From positions 320,001 to 384,000 of the forward strand of contig JBFMAD010000001.1 in assembly GCA_040755855.1 (NCBI GenBank): 64,000 nt of DNA. Reading direction: 5' to 3'. Below the pieces are notes generated by a model. The model saw nothing but the letters and a program-made list of their open reading frames with translations, had not been told where the DNA came from and did no database searches. Numbering within the stretch: the first letter of the stretch is position 1; every line of letters begins with the position of its first letter. The translations under genes and the position numbers were made by a program. This DNA is from Planctomycetota bacterium (lineage in GTDB: Bacteria; Planctomycetota; Brocadiia; JAADGH01). Of the stretch, positions 1 through 9,381 are shown one piece after another.

Positions 1-80
1 ATATCCCATGAATGGAAATTGTCAAGTCGAGCGGGCGCTTTTTTCTCCAATTATTTCAATTATTTTTCGCCTTGCGTGCG

Positions 81-950
81 TCAAAACTCCCTGGCCATCC
101 CCGCGCACCCGAACGCACGAATCTGCTCCACCATGAAATCGCGAACCGCCGCCCGGCCCGACTTGATGACGCGCTCGGAGTAGTCCTCCGGGTGCGCGTC
201 CATGTAGGCGTGCACGGCTTTCACAAAAGTGAAACGAATCTGCGTCGCGATGTTGACCTTCCGCACCCCCAGCGCGATGCACTTCTTCACGTCCGCCAAC
301 GGCACGCCGGTCGCCCCGTGAAGCACCAAGGGAACCTGCGTAGCCTCTTTGATCCTTTGCAGCCGATCAAAGTCTAGTCGCGGCTCGTCCTTGTAGAAGC
401 CATGCGCCGTCCCGATGGCCGGGGCCAGCGAATCAATGCCCGTCTTCTCCACAAAGTCCTTCGCAAGATCGGGGTCCGTATAGGCCGCCGTGTCGGCCTG
501 CGAGGTCGTGTCGCCCTCCAGGCCGCCGACCTTGCCGAGCTCGGCCTCCACCGTCACATCCACCGCGTGCGCCATATGCACCACCTCGCGCGTGATGCGA
601 ACATTCTCCTCGTACGACAGGCGTGAGCCGTCAAACATAACCGACGTGAAGCCGTACTTGATCCCGCGCACCACATGGTCGAACTCGAAGGAATGGTCGA
701 GATGGAGCACGGCCGGGACCTTCGCCTTGCGGATCGCCGCTTTGGCCGCCTCGGCGTAGCACTCCGGGTCGAAGTAGAAGCTCATCGCGTTGTAGCCCTC
801 GGAGACGATGGCCGGGGCGTTCATCTCCTCGGCCGTTCGCAACACGACATCGAGGTGGCCCATCTGCCCGCCGGCGGTGTCATATCCCGGCACGGCAAAA
901 CCGCGGCGCTCAGCCACGGCGTAAAGTTGATTCATGGTGATGAGAGGCAT
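81..950 (-). CDS. Class II fructose/tagatose-bisphosphate aldolase
   Basis: LHLDH, SVMFDGS, VEAELG, IGTAHG, LVLHG and KVNIAT motifs; AGGAG RBS. Confidence 0.92.
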   Translation of the reverse strand: MPLITMNQLYAVAERRGFAVPGYDTAGGQMGHLDVVLRTAEEMNAPAIVSEGYNAMSFYFDPECYAEAAKAAIRKAKVPAVLHLDHSFEFDHVVRGIKYGFTSVMFDGSRLSYEENVRITREVVHMAHAVDVTVEAELGKVGGLEGDTTSQADTAAYTDPDLAKDFVEKTGIDSLAPAIGTAHGFYKDEPRLDFDRLQRIKEATQVPLVLHGATGVPLADVKKCIALGVRKVNIATQIRFTFVKAVHAYMDAHPEDYSERVIKSGRAAVRDFMVEQIRAFGCAGMAREF

Positions 951-1093
951 ATGTCTCCTTTACATATCTTGCGCCTTATCCACATCGGAGCGTAGCAGGT
1001 TACAAGAGAGAAAACAAGATTGAAAACCGGATGGAATATGTCTAAACTCGATACCCGTTCTGGCGCTATCCCTTTTGTCTGCGGAGCAACTCA

Positions 1094-3676
1094 ATGAAGA
1101 TTCAGTCCATCTCGATCATGCCGTACTGCCACGCCGACTGGGCGTGGAACTACTACCGCGCCTGGCACGTGAAGCGATACATCAAGTCCTTCGAGATCGC
1201 CCTCGACCTCATGGACCAGAACTCCGACTTCACCTGGTTCATTGACACATGGACCGATCAATTCCGCGTCGTGATCGAGAACCGGCCCGACCTGGTGGAG
1301 CGCATGAAGCCGTACGTCTCGGAGGGACGCTTCGGCATCGCCGGGGGATTGTACAGCAACCCCCATCCCGATCGCGCGGGACGGGAGGCCTATGTCCGAA
1401 ACGCCGTCTATGGCCGGCGCCTGTTCCTCGACATCTTTCCCGACGCCGACCTCACGGCGGTCACGCACGAGGATGTCATCATGGGGCACACCCAACTGCC
1501 CCAGGTCCTCACGAAGCTGGGCTTCACCTTCTACACCTCCTCCCGGTCCTGCGCCGCCATGGCGGCCAAGGGCGTCCCGACGCAGTTCCTCTGGACCGGT
1601 CTCGACGGCACGAAGCTCATCACCGAGCGCAGCCACTACGGGGAACTGCGCGGTGACCTGATCCCGGCGGACTTCCGCGACAAGTGGGACGAGGCCCGAA
1701 AGCCGTTCCTTGCCTGGGCCGAGACGAAGACCGCGAACGGCAGCTCGCCGCATCTCTGCGCGCGGCAGGGGTCGGGCGACGACTGCCTGCCGCTCCGCAC
1801 CCACGCCGACAAGCCGGACCGGATGTTGGACTTTCTCGACGAATGGCGCAAGCGCGAGAAGATCGCCCTCGAGTTCTCCACGCCCGCCCGCTTCGCCCGG
1901 AAGCTGGCGAAGGCAAAGGACCTGCCCGCGTGGGAAGGCCCGCTCGATCCCGTCGGCTGGAGCTACTGGTACGGCGGCAACGGCAACTACAGCCTCTGGC
2001 CATTGCGGCTTGTGGCCGAGAAGAAGTTGACCCAGCTCGAACGCGCCCTGATCCACTTCGGCAAAGAAAAATATCCCCAGGCGGAGATGGAAGAATTGTG
2101 GCGCCAGGCGCTTTCTGTCTGGTCGCATGCGACGCTCTGGCTCTGGATCCCCGATTACGAGGAATTTCTCGTCCGGATCAAGAACGTGATCCAGCAAGCT
2201 GATGCCCGGCTCGAGCAGGTCCGCCGCGACGCCGCGAAGACCATCGCGCCGAGGCAGGATGGGCGGCCCGTTGTGCTGTTCAACCCCCTGCCGTGGGAGC
2301 GGAAGGAAACCGTCGAGATCTACTATCCCATTGACGAGGCCGGGCCGGTGGGCATAGAGATCGTGGACTCGAACGGCGGCGTTGTCCCCACTCAGGTTTG
2401 CTCCGATTCCTTCTGGGATTTTCCCGAAGGCAAACTTCGCGAATGCCTTATCAACGCCTCGGTCGTCGTGCCCGCGTCGGGCTTCGCCACATACTACGTC
2501 CGGCACAGTACGGAACCGATGAATCGCGCGACGCAGTTCCTTCAGTGGCCGAAAGAAATCGCGGCATCCTCTGTTCATGCGCGGATTGAGCAAGGAAAAC
2601 TGCTGGACGTCAGACTGATGGACCTCAACCGGGTGTTGTGCGGCTCGGTAGATTTTCTGTTTGAGGAGATTGACGAAGGCGGCATGGAGCGGAGCCAGAA
2701 CCTGGGCCATTACTTCGGGCCGGGCGCAAACGCCCCGCCGCGGGAGCCGTGGTCGCACCTGCACTACGGCAAGGTGGTGGGCCGGTCGTTCTACGTCGGT
2801 CGGCGATGGGTGATCGCCGAGGACGGGCCGCTCGCCGTGCGGATGACGTCGCTTGGGGAGACGGCCGGAAACGAGACGGAGTGGGAACTGAAATTCTACC
2901 GCAACCGACCTCGGATTGATGTGCGCCTGCGGGTGTATGTGACGCAGGCAAAGAGCGGTTTCTTCCTCGCGTCGGTCAATCTGCCCTTTGAGGGAAAGAT
3001 TCATGCCGACATCCCGTGGGGCGTCGAGGAGCGCAACATGACGAAGGAGCCCTTCGGTATGGCGCTCCTGGAGCGCAAGGACTTCCCCGCGTTCTACGGC
3101 AATAGTTGGGTAGATGTGTCCGACGGCGCGGCGGGAGTGGCGGTTTTGGACGAGGATGGGCAGCAGGGATATCGCATCCGCGATGGTCGGCTGGAGCACT
3201 TCCTCTTGAAGACCATCGCCCCGGAGAACATCCGCGGCCGCCGGTGGAGCAATCAGCACCGAACGGGGCTTGGTTTCCAGGAGTTTCGGTTTGCGATCCT
3301 GCTCCATCGCGGCGACTGGCGGACGGCACGGCTGTATCGTGAGGTGGAGGAGTACCGCCAACCGATCGCCGCGCGGGACGTCAACGTGCGACTCGCGGGC
3401 CGAGGGGCGGACCGCGTAGAGGGTGTGATGGTCTCCCCGGAGAACGTGATGCTCTCCGGCCTCTACCGCGAGGGCGGCAAGACGATCCTTCGCATCTACG
3501 AAAACGAAGGACGTCGGACGAAGGCGACGGTATCTCTGCCGTTCAAGGTGAAGAAGGTTCGCCGAACCAACCTGATTGGTGAAACGGAGAAAAGCGCGCA
3601 GAGGCCATCTCTGAGAAAAGGATGTCTGTCTGTTGTCCTGTCCCCCTGGGAGATTGTGACATTTGAGTTGACGTGA
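1094..3676 (+). CDS. Glycoside hydrolase family 38 (alpha-mannosidase-like)
   Basis: N-terminal Zn motif CHADWAW; VVLFNPLPWER, VVVPASGFATY, ILRIYENEG and LSPWEIVT segments typical of GH38 middle and C-terminal domains; no signal peptide. Confidence 0.8.
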   Translation: MKIQSISIMPYCHADWAWNYYRAWHVKRYIKSFEIALDLMDQNSDFTWFIDTWTDQFRVVIENRPDLVERMKPYVSEGRFGIAGGLYSNPHPDRAGREAYVRNAVYGRRLFLDIFPDADLTAVTHEDVIMGHTQLPQVLTKLGFTFYTSSRSCAAMAAKGVPTQFLWTGLDGTKLITERSHYGELRGDLIPADFRDKWDEARKPFLAWAETKTANGSSPHLCARQGSGDDCLPLRTHADKPDRMLDFLDEWRKREKIALEFSTPARFARKLAKAKDLPAWEGPLDPVGWSYWYGGNGNYSLWPLRLVAEKKLTQLERALIHFGKEKYPQAEMEELWRQALSVWSHATLWLWIPDYEEFLVRIKNVIQQADARLEQVRRDAAKTIAPRQDGRPVVLFNPLPWERKETVEIYYPIDEAGPVGIEIVDSNGGVVPTQVCSDSFWDFPEGKLRECLINASVVVPASGFATYYVRHSTEPMNRATQFLQWPKEIAASSVHARIEQGKLLDVRLMDLNRVLCGSVDFLFEEIDEGGMERSQNLGHYFGPGANAPPREPWSHLHYGKVVGRSFYVGRRWVIAEDGPLAVRMTSLGETAGNETEWELKFYRNRPRIDVRLRVYVTQAKSGFFLASVNLPFEGKIHADIPWGVEERNMTKEPFGMALLERKDFPAFYGNSWVDVSDGAAGVAVLDEDGQQGYRIRDGRLEHFLLKTIAPENIRGRRWSNQHRTGLGFQEFRFAILLHRGDWRTARLYREVEEYRQPIAARDVNVRLAGRGADRVEGVMVSPENVMLSGLYREGGKTILRIYENEGRRTKATVSLPFKVKKVRRTNLIGETEKSAQRPSLRKGCLSVVLSPWEIVTFELT

Positions 3677-3691
3677 TTAAGGAGTTTCGCC

Positions 3692-4165
3692 ATGGGCAAG
3701 TATGACGCGGTCGAGCTGCACGGCGCGGAAAAGGCCGGGTATGTCGGCAGATGTCTGGCCCGGATCAAACGGTGGGGGCTGACAATGCCCAACGTCAATC
3801 CCCTGGCGCTGCACTTCGGCCTGGGCAAATTTGAGGAGATCGGCGAGATCGAGTTCTGGATCGCCAACGAAACGAAGGAGGGCTACTGCGGCAAGTTTCT
3901 CTTCGTCTTCGACGGCCAGACGTGCCCCTATCACCACCATGCGAAGAAGCATGAGACGTTCTACATCGTCAAGGGCAAGGTCCGCATGCGCATCGGCGAC
4001 GGCGAGCGCGAGATGAAGGAGGGGGATCACCTGGCCATGCCGCCGGGCACGGGGCACTCCTTCACCGGCGTCGGCGATTCGTTGCTCCTCGAGGTGTCGT
4101 CTCCGAGCGTCTTGCAGGACAACTTCTTCGAGAATAAGAGTATCGGTGACAACGGAGTCATTTAG
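3692..4165 (+). CDS. Cupin, D-lyxose/D-mannose isomerase family
   Basis: YCGKFLFVFDGQTCPYHHHAKKHETF cupin metal motif, GHSF, EVSS...DNFF; AAGGAG RBS. Confidence 0.8.
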   Translation: MGKYDAVELHGAEKAGYVGRCLARIKRWGLTMPNVNPLALHFGLGKFEEIGEIEFWIANETKEGYCGKFLFVFDGQTCPYHHHAKKHETFYIVKGKVRMRIGDGEREMKEGDHLAMPPGTGHSFTGVGDSLLLEVSSPSVLQDNFFENKSIGDNGVI

Positions 4166-4175
4166 TTGCCAGGCT

Positions 4176-4208
4176 ACCCTCCCGGAGGTTCCGAACCTCC
4201 GGGAGGGT
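4176..4208. repeat. REP-like palindrome, family 1, copy A
   Basis: ACCCTCCCGGAGGTTC-C-GAACCTCCGGGAGGGT, perfect 16-bp arms, intergenic. Confidence 0.85.
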
Positions 4209-4236
4209 CGTTCCTGGAGTGATTTAGGAAAGAGCC

Positions 4237-4995
4237 ATGTCAATCTTGTTTGGCGAGCAGAAGTCTCCCGATCTCGAACGGTTCGTCGAGCAAAATGCGC
4301 TGATCCTCTTGCCCGTCGGCCAGACGGAGGAGCACGGCCCCCACCTGCCGATCAACACGGACGCCCTGATCGCGCAACGGGTCGCCATGGCCGTCGGCGA
4401 GCGCATGGCGTCCGAGGCGCCCACGCTCGTGATGGATACGGTCTGCTACGGCTACTCATCCGCCGCCCTGAAGAACTGGCCGGGCACGATCGTCCTCCAG
4501 CCCGAGACGGTCATTGACATGCTCTACGACACGTGCATCTCCCTCGTCGAAATGGGCTTCCGCCGTATCGCCATCCTCAGCATCCACGGCAACCACGTGG
4601 GCATCATGCGCATCGTCGCGCGCAAGGTGGCCGACGCGACGGACGTCTATCCCGTCGTCGTCTTCCCCATCGCCCTCGGCATGGACCGTTTCCTCAAGGC
4701 GGCCAAGGCGGGACCGGAGGGGACATGCCACGCCTGCGAGCTGGAGACCTCGCTCATGCTCCACCTCGCGCCCGAGCTGGTGGACATGGCGAGCGTCAAG
4801 GGACCAAACCCGCTGCGACCGGCATCGCGGTTTGCGAAGGGTATCTTCTGGTCCACCTGGGGCCGGGAGAAGAGCGAGCACGGCTACTACGGCGATCCCA
4901 CTGTCGCCTCCGCCGAAACGGGCAAGGTCACATTCGAGGCGATGGTGGAAGAGACTGTCGCCTTTCTCACCGAGTTCTGCAGGGAAACGTCGTGA
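4237..4995 (+). CDS. Creatininase/amidohydrolase family protein
   Basis: LPVGQTEEHGPHLPINTD, HGN and HACELETSLM motifs. Confidence 0.88.
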   Translation: MSILFGEQKSPDLERFVEQNALILLPVGQTEEHGPHLPINTDALIAQRVAMAVGERMASEAPTLVMDTVCYGYSSAALKNWPGTIVLQPETVIDMLYDTCISLVEMGFRRIAILSIHGNHVGIMRIVARKVADATDVYPVVVFPIALGMDRFLKAAKAGPEGTCHACELETSLMLHLAPELVDMASVKGPNPLRPASRFAKGIFWSTWGREKSEHGYYGDPTVASAETGKVTFEAMVEETVAFLTEFCRETS

Positions 4996-6440
4996 GTCCT
5001 CTCGCCGCCATTGACATCGGGACGACGCTAATCAAGGCCGGTGTCTTCAACGAATCGGGCGACCTGCTGGGCCTTGGGGCGCAGCCCTTCGATCTCGTCG
5101 CTCCGCAGGATGGATGGTTCGAACTCGCTCCCGACGCCTGCTGGCAGGCCATCTGCGCCGCCATGCGCCAAGCCATCGAACGATCCGGCGGCAATGCCGA
5201 CAACATTGCGGCCATCGGCCTCTCCAGCCAGGGGCAGACGGTGGTTCCGGTTGATGCAAACGGGAACCCGCTCAGTAACTTCATCGTCTGGCTCGACCGC
5301 CGCGCGGCTTTTGAAGCATCTGAGATCGAATCGCGTTTTCATCCCGAAACCATCTATCATCAGACCGGCGTCTCCCAACTGGTCCCGGGCCACACAGTAA
5401 GCGTCCTATCCTGGCAGCGAAAACATCGTCCGGACATTTTCAGAAGGGCCTCCCGCTTTCTTCTGACGAAGGACTACGCCACACTCCGTATGACTGGTCA
5501 GGCGGCGATTGACCATCAACTTGCCGGCTCGACGGCGTGCTACAGCGTCCCGCAAGGAGGCTGGTGGGATGAGATGCTTGAGTTCATCGGCGTCTCCCAC
5601 CAGCAATTATCCCCGCTCTTCGCCGCAGAGGAAACCGTAGGGGAGCTGGCGGAGGATGCCGCTCGGGCCCTCGGCATTCCTGCCGGCTGTCCGGTCGTGG
5701 CCGGCGCGTGGGACCAGATCGCCGGGGCGATCGGCGCGGGGAATGTGCGGCCGGGGATCGTGACGGAGATGACGGGGAGCTGCCTGGCCCTGTTCGCCAC
5801 GTGCAAGGACTTCATGCCGGACCCGCAGCGACGGATGCTGGCAGGCCGACATGCCGTGGGCGGGTATGGATACCTCCTCCCCTACACCGAGTTCGCCGGG
5901 AAGGCCCTCCAGCTTGTGCGGGACACGTGCTATGGGACGTCAACGCCATATGAGGGAATCACCGCCGAGGCGGTTCGCGTCCCCATCGGGTGCGACGGAT
6001 TGGCGATGGACCTCCGGCGAACGGCGACGAAGATCGAGGATGCGCTCATTAGCCTGTCGCCGCGGCACACCCGCGCTCACATCGCGCGCGCAGCGATGGA
6101 GGCGGCGGCCTTTGCGCTGAAGGACCACATTGACGCGCTGGTTCAATTGCACGTGCAGGTCGGGAGCATCATCTCTCTTGGGGGTGGGGCGCGGAGCGAC
6201 TTCTGGCTGCAGATGAAGGCCGACCTTCTTGGCCTGCCTGTGAACCGGCCGGCGTGCACGGAGTCGGCCCTCCTCGGGGCGGCGATCCTTGCTGGGAAGG
6301 GGTGTGGAATCTATGACGACGCGGCGGAGGCGGCGGAGCGGATAGCGAGGGTGGAGCGTGTCTTCGAGCCTCGCGGAGAAACGCGGGATGCCTATCTTGC
6401 CGCTTACGAGTTCCGGTCAAAGCAGGCGGCACGGGTCTGA
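4992..6440 (+). CDS. FGGY-family carbohydrate kinase (xylulokinase-like)
   Basis: AIDIGTT, IVWLDRR, GAWDQ and GGGARSDFWLQMKAD motifs; GTG start overlaps the upstream TGA (GTGA). Confidence 0.88.
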   Translation: MSPLAAIDIGTTLIKAGVFNESGDLLGLGAQPFDLVAPQDGWFELAPDACWQAICAAMRQAIERSGGNADNIAAIGLSSQGQTVVPVDANGNPLSNFIVWLDRRAAFEASEIESRFHPETIYHQTGVSQLVPGHTVSVLSWQRKHRPDIFRRASRFLLTKDYATLRMTGQAAIDHQLAGSTACYSVPQGGWWDEMLEFIGVSHQQLSPLFAAEETVGELAEDAARALGIPAGCPVVAGAWDQIAGAIGAGNVRPGIVTEMTGSCLALFATCKDFMPDPQRRMLAGRHAVGGYGYLLPYTEFAGKALQLVRDTCYGTSTPYEGITAEAVRVPIGCDGLAMDLRRTATKIEDALISLSPRHTRAHIARAAMEAAAFALKDHIDALVQLHVQVGSIISLGGGARSDFWLQMKADLLGLPVNRPACTESALLGAAILAGKGCGIYDDAAEAAERIARVERVFEPRGETRDAYLAAYEFRSKQAARV

Positions 6441-6594
6441 TTTTTTGTTGCATTGCCTTGCGCCATTTCATAAACTAAAATGTCTATAGCATGGGGCTTA
6501 AGGGAAAATGACGCGCCTTTTTATCCCCACAATATCCGGAAACTGGCGGTTCGGATGGCCCGCCGCGAGTTTCACAGCCTGAAAAGGGAGTGAC

Positions 6595-9381
6595 ATGCGC
6601 AAAGCTGGCTTGGGAATGTTTGTGGTGTTTTTCCTGCTCGGCTTCTCCTCGATCATCATCCAGACGACGCTGATCCGCGAGTTCCTCGTAGTCTTCGAGG
6701 GAAACGAACTCTGTCTCGGCGGCATCTTCGGCATCTGGTTCCTCTGGATCATGATCGGCGCGCCGATCGGTTCGCTGCTGTCCCGATGGGTGAAGAACGT
6801 TGCGCCGCTTTTTGTGCTGTTTGTGATCCTGGGCGCGCTGGCCCCCTTCGCGCAGATCTACGCCATCCGGATCGTCCGCGATATCTTCGACGTGCCCATG
6901 TCGCTCTATGTCTCCTTCCCGGAGATGCTGCTCTTTGCCCTCATCTGCGTTGCCCCCTTCACGTTCATGATCGGTGTGACGTTCCCGTTGGGGGTAAAGG
7001 TCTATACGGAGATTCGCGCCGCCGCCCTGGCCGGCAGCCCGCCGCCCACGGCGCTGGAGGAGGGCCGCCCACAGGAAATCTATGCCGCGCCGGCGGCCCA
7101 GGAGGGCGGAGAGAAGGTGGGGGTGGAACTTCCGCAGAAAGACATTTCGGCAGGGCTTGACGCGGCCTTCGGCGGCGAGGAGCCGAAGCAAAGCGACCCG
7201 ACTGAGTCGCAACGGGAAGAGCCACCCGCTGCCTGCGAGCGTCCGAGCGATGCCGTCCAGCCGCCGTCGGAGGAGGATCCTTCCAGCATCGGGTGGATTT
7301 ACGTCATCGAATCCCTCGGCTTCCTCGCCGGCGGCGTGTTCTTCACCTTCGTCCTCGTCGAGCATTACATGCCCTTCCTGAATGCGGCGGTCGTCTTCCT
7401 GTTGCTTAGCCTGATGTGTTTCCTTCTGGACCTGCGCGGGTTCTCGCGGGGCGTGCGCGCCACGTTTGGTGTGATATTTCTTGCGCTGTCCGTCGAGCAC
7501 ATCTGCATGGCCATGCCGTTGGACAACTATTCCGTTCAGCGGCGCTGGGAGGCCCTGAAGTTGGACCTCAACTTCATCAAAGCGGTCGAGAGCCGATACC
7601 AGAACCTGACGGTCGCCCAATCGCGGCGCGATGCGAATTACTACTCGCTCCTCAGCAACGGCCACATCATGATCAACTGGCCGGAGGAGTACGACATGCC
7701 GATGGTGGCGAACTTCGTGCTCTTCGAGCACCCGAAACCGAAGAGAGTGCTCCTCCTCGGCAATGGGAGTCATGGACTCATCCGGCATATGTTGAAGCAC
7801 CCTATTGACCGACTGGTTCACGTGGAACTGGACCCGATGGTCACGGGGGTGATTGGGCCTTATCTGCCGCAAGAGGACCAGGACGCGCTGAAGGACAAGC
7901 GGCTCGAACAAAAGCACATGGATGGGCGCTACTACGTCAAGACCTGCAAGGAGAATTTCGACGTGGTGTTCGCCAACATCCCCGATCCTTCCTCCGCCAT
8001 GATCAACCGATACTTCACCCTTGATTTTTACGAGGAAGTGAAACGGATTCTCGCCGACGGGGGCGTTCTTGCCGGAACGATGAGTTCGGCGGTCAACTAC
8101 ATGGGCCAGGACATCGGCGACTACGCCGGTTCGCTTTTCCATACCATCCGCGATGCCTTCGAAAAGGACGGCGGCGAGGTCATCATCACTCCCGGCGACC
8201 ATAACTATTTCTTCGCCTCGCCCAAGAAGGGGGTCGTCTCGCTGGACGGGAGCGAGCATGGCCCGCTGGTCAAGCGATTCAAAGCGTGCGGGATCGAATT
8301 CAAGAATTTCAGCGAGCATCACTTCCTCCTTTGCGTGAACACCGAGCAGAAGCAGCAATGGCTCCGCGACCAACTCATGGCGCGCGAGAATGTCCCCCGC
8401 AACACCGATATGCGGCCCATCTCCTACTTCTACCAGCTCCTCATCTGGGACCAGAAGACGGAGCACCCGATCATCACGATCAGCGGGAAGAAGTGGGAGG
8501 TGAAGGTCGGCCCCATCTTCCGGTGGCTCCACGAGTTCGACAAGAATGGCTTCTCCGTCATCCAGACGAGCAACGCCAAGCTGGGGAAGATCATCGGCGC
8601 GCTGACATGGATTCGGACAAAATTGCGCATCCATGACCTCATCGTAATCTTTCTCGTCCTGTTGCTCCTGCGGATGTTCTATGTCCTTGTCATCCGAAGG
8701 AGCATCCCGCCCCAGGCGCGGGTGAACTCGCTCCTGGCGATGGCGGCCTGCGGGTTCGGCTCGATGGTCTTCAGCCTTACGCTGCTCTTCGCGTTCCAGA
8801 ACCTCTATGGGTTCTTGTATCACATGATCGGTTTCATCACCGCGCTCTTCATGTTCGGCCTCGCCATGGGCGGGCTGGCGATGACCGTCATGCTAAAGAG
8901 GCTGCGGAGCCCAAATCGAGCGCTGTTGATCGTGCTGATCGCGCTCGTTGTATATGCCATCGTGTTGCCTCTCGGCATCAAGGCCTTGGCGTCGGGGGTC
9001 CTGGCGCGGCTGCCTCTCTTGGCGTCGCAGGCGTGTTTCATGGTACTGCTGGCCATCGGCGGGTCGCTGACAGGGCTTACGTTCCCATTGGCCAGCGGGG
9101 TGTTCTTTGAGCATAGCCGGCACACCGGCGTCACCGCCGGGCTGGTTCACGGGGCCGACCACGGCGGGGCGTGCGCGGGCGCCTTCCTGTCGGGCACGAT
9201 CTTCGTTCCGATACTGGGTCTCGCGGAATCGTGCTACTTCGTCGCCGTGATCGGCGCCGTCTGCGTTGTTCTTCAGGCGCTTCTGGTTGTCAAGGAGAAA
9301 AGGACGTTATGCCGAAGATTATCATCCAAATTGACGGAGACGAGCAAACCGTCGAGCTCAAGCGAGCCGTCACCTCAATAG
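6595..9381 (+). CDS. Multi-pass membrane protein with spermidine-synthase-like SAM-binding domain
   Basis: TM blocks at both ends (REFLVVFEGNEL; FQNLYGFLY) around LLLGNGSHG, VELDP, DGRYY and IPDP...NRYFTLDFY motifs. Confidence 0.8.
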   Translation: MRKAGLGMFVVFFLLGFSSIIIQTTLIREFLVVFEGNELCLGGIFGIWFLWIMIGAPIGSLLSRWVKNVAPLFVLFVILGALAPFAQIYAIRIVRDIFDVPMSLYVSFPEMLLFALICVAPFTFMIGVTFPLGVKVYTEIRAAALAGSPPPTALEEGRPQEIYAAPAAQEGGEKVGVELPQKDISAGLDAAFGGEEPKQSDPTESQREEPPAACERPSDAVQPPSEEDPSSIGWIYVIESLGFLAGGVFFTFVLVEHYMPFLNAAVVFLLLSLMCFLLDLRGFSRGVRATFGVIFLALSVEHICMAMPLDNYSVQRRWEALKLDLNFIKAVESRYQNLTVAQSRRDANYYSLLSNGHIMINWPEEYDMPMVANFVLFEHPKPKRVLLLGNGSHGLIRHMLKHPIDRLVHVELDPMVTGVIGPYLPQEDQDALKDKRLEQKHMDGRYYVKTCKENFDVVFANIPDPSSAMINRYFTLDFYEEVKRILADGGVLAGTMSSAVNYMGQDIGDYAGSLFHTIRDAFEKDGGEVIITPGDHNYFFASPKKGVVSLDGSEHGPLVKRFKACGIEFKNFSEHHFLLCVNTEQKQQWLRDQLMARENVPRNTDMRPISYFYQLLIWDQKTEHPIITISGKKWEVKVGPIFRWLHEFDKNGFSVIQTSNAKLGKIIGALTWIRTKLRIHDLIVIFLVLLLLRMFYVLVIRRSIPPQARVNSLLAMAACGFGSMVFSLTLLFAFQNLYGFLYHMIGFITALFMFGLAMGGLAMTVMLKRLRSPNRALLIVLIALVVYAIVLPLGIKALASGVLARLPLLASQACFMVLLAIGGSLTGLTFPLASGVFFEHSRHTGVTAGLVHGADHGGACAGAFLSGTIFVPILGLAESCYFVAVIGAVCVVLQALLVVKEKRTLCRRLSSKLTETSKPSSSSEPSPQ

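Noticed and set aside
1091..3361. 756-aa minus-strand ORF and similar long antisense ORFs (6484-8823, 18440-19999, 21957-23597, 36618-38438, 40037-41887, 43442-45295, 56699-58330)
   Set aside because: Shadow frames of well-supported genes in high-GC DNA, with no recognisable motifs
4533..4991. N-terminal extensions of track ORFs (4533, 9171, 13002, 14882, 28895, 33242, 52434, 61024)
   Set aside because: They overlap upstream genes; internal starts with an RBS or stop-start overlap fit the family N-termini better
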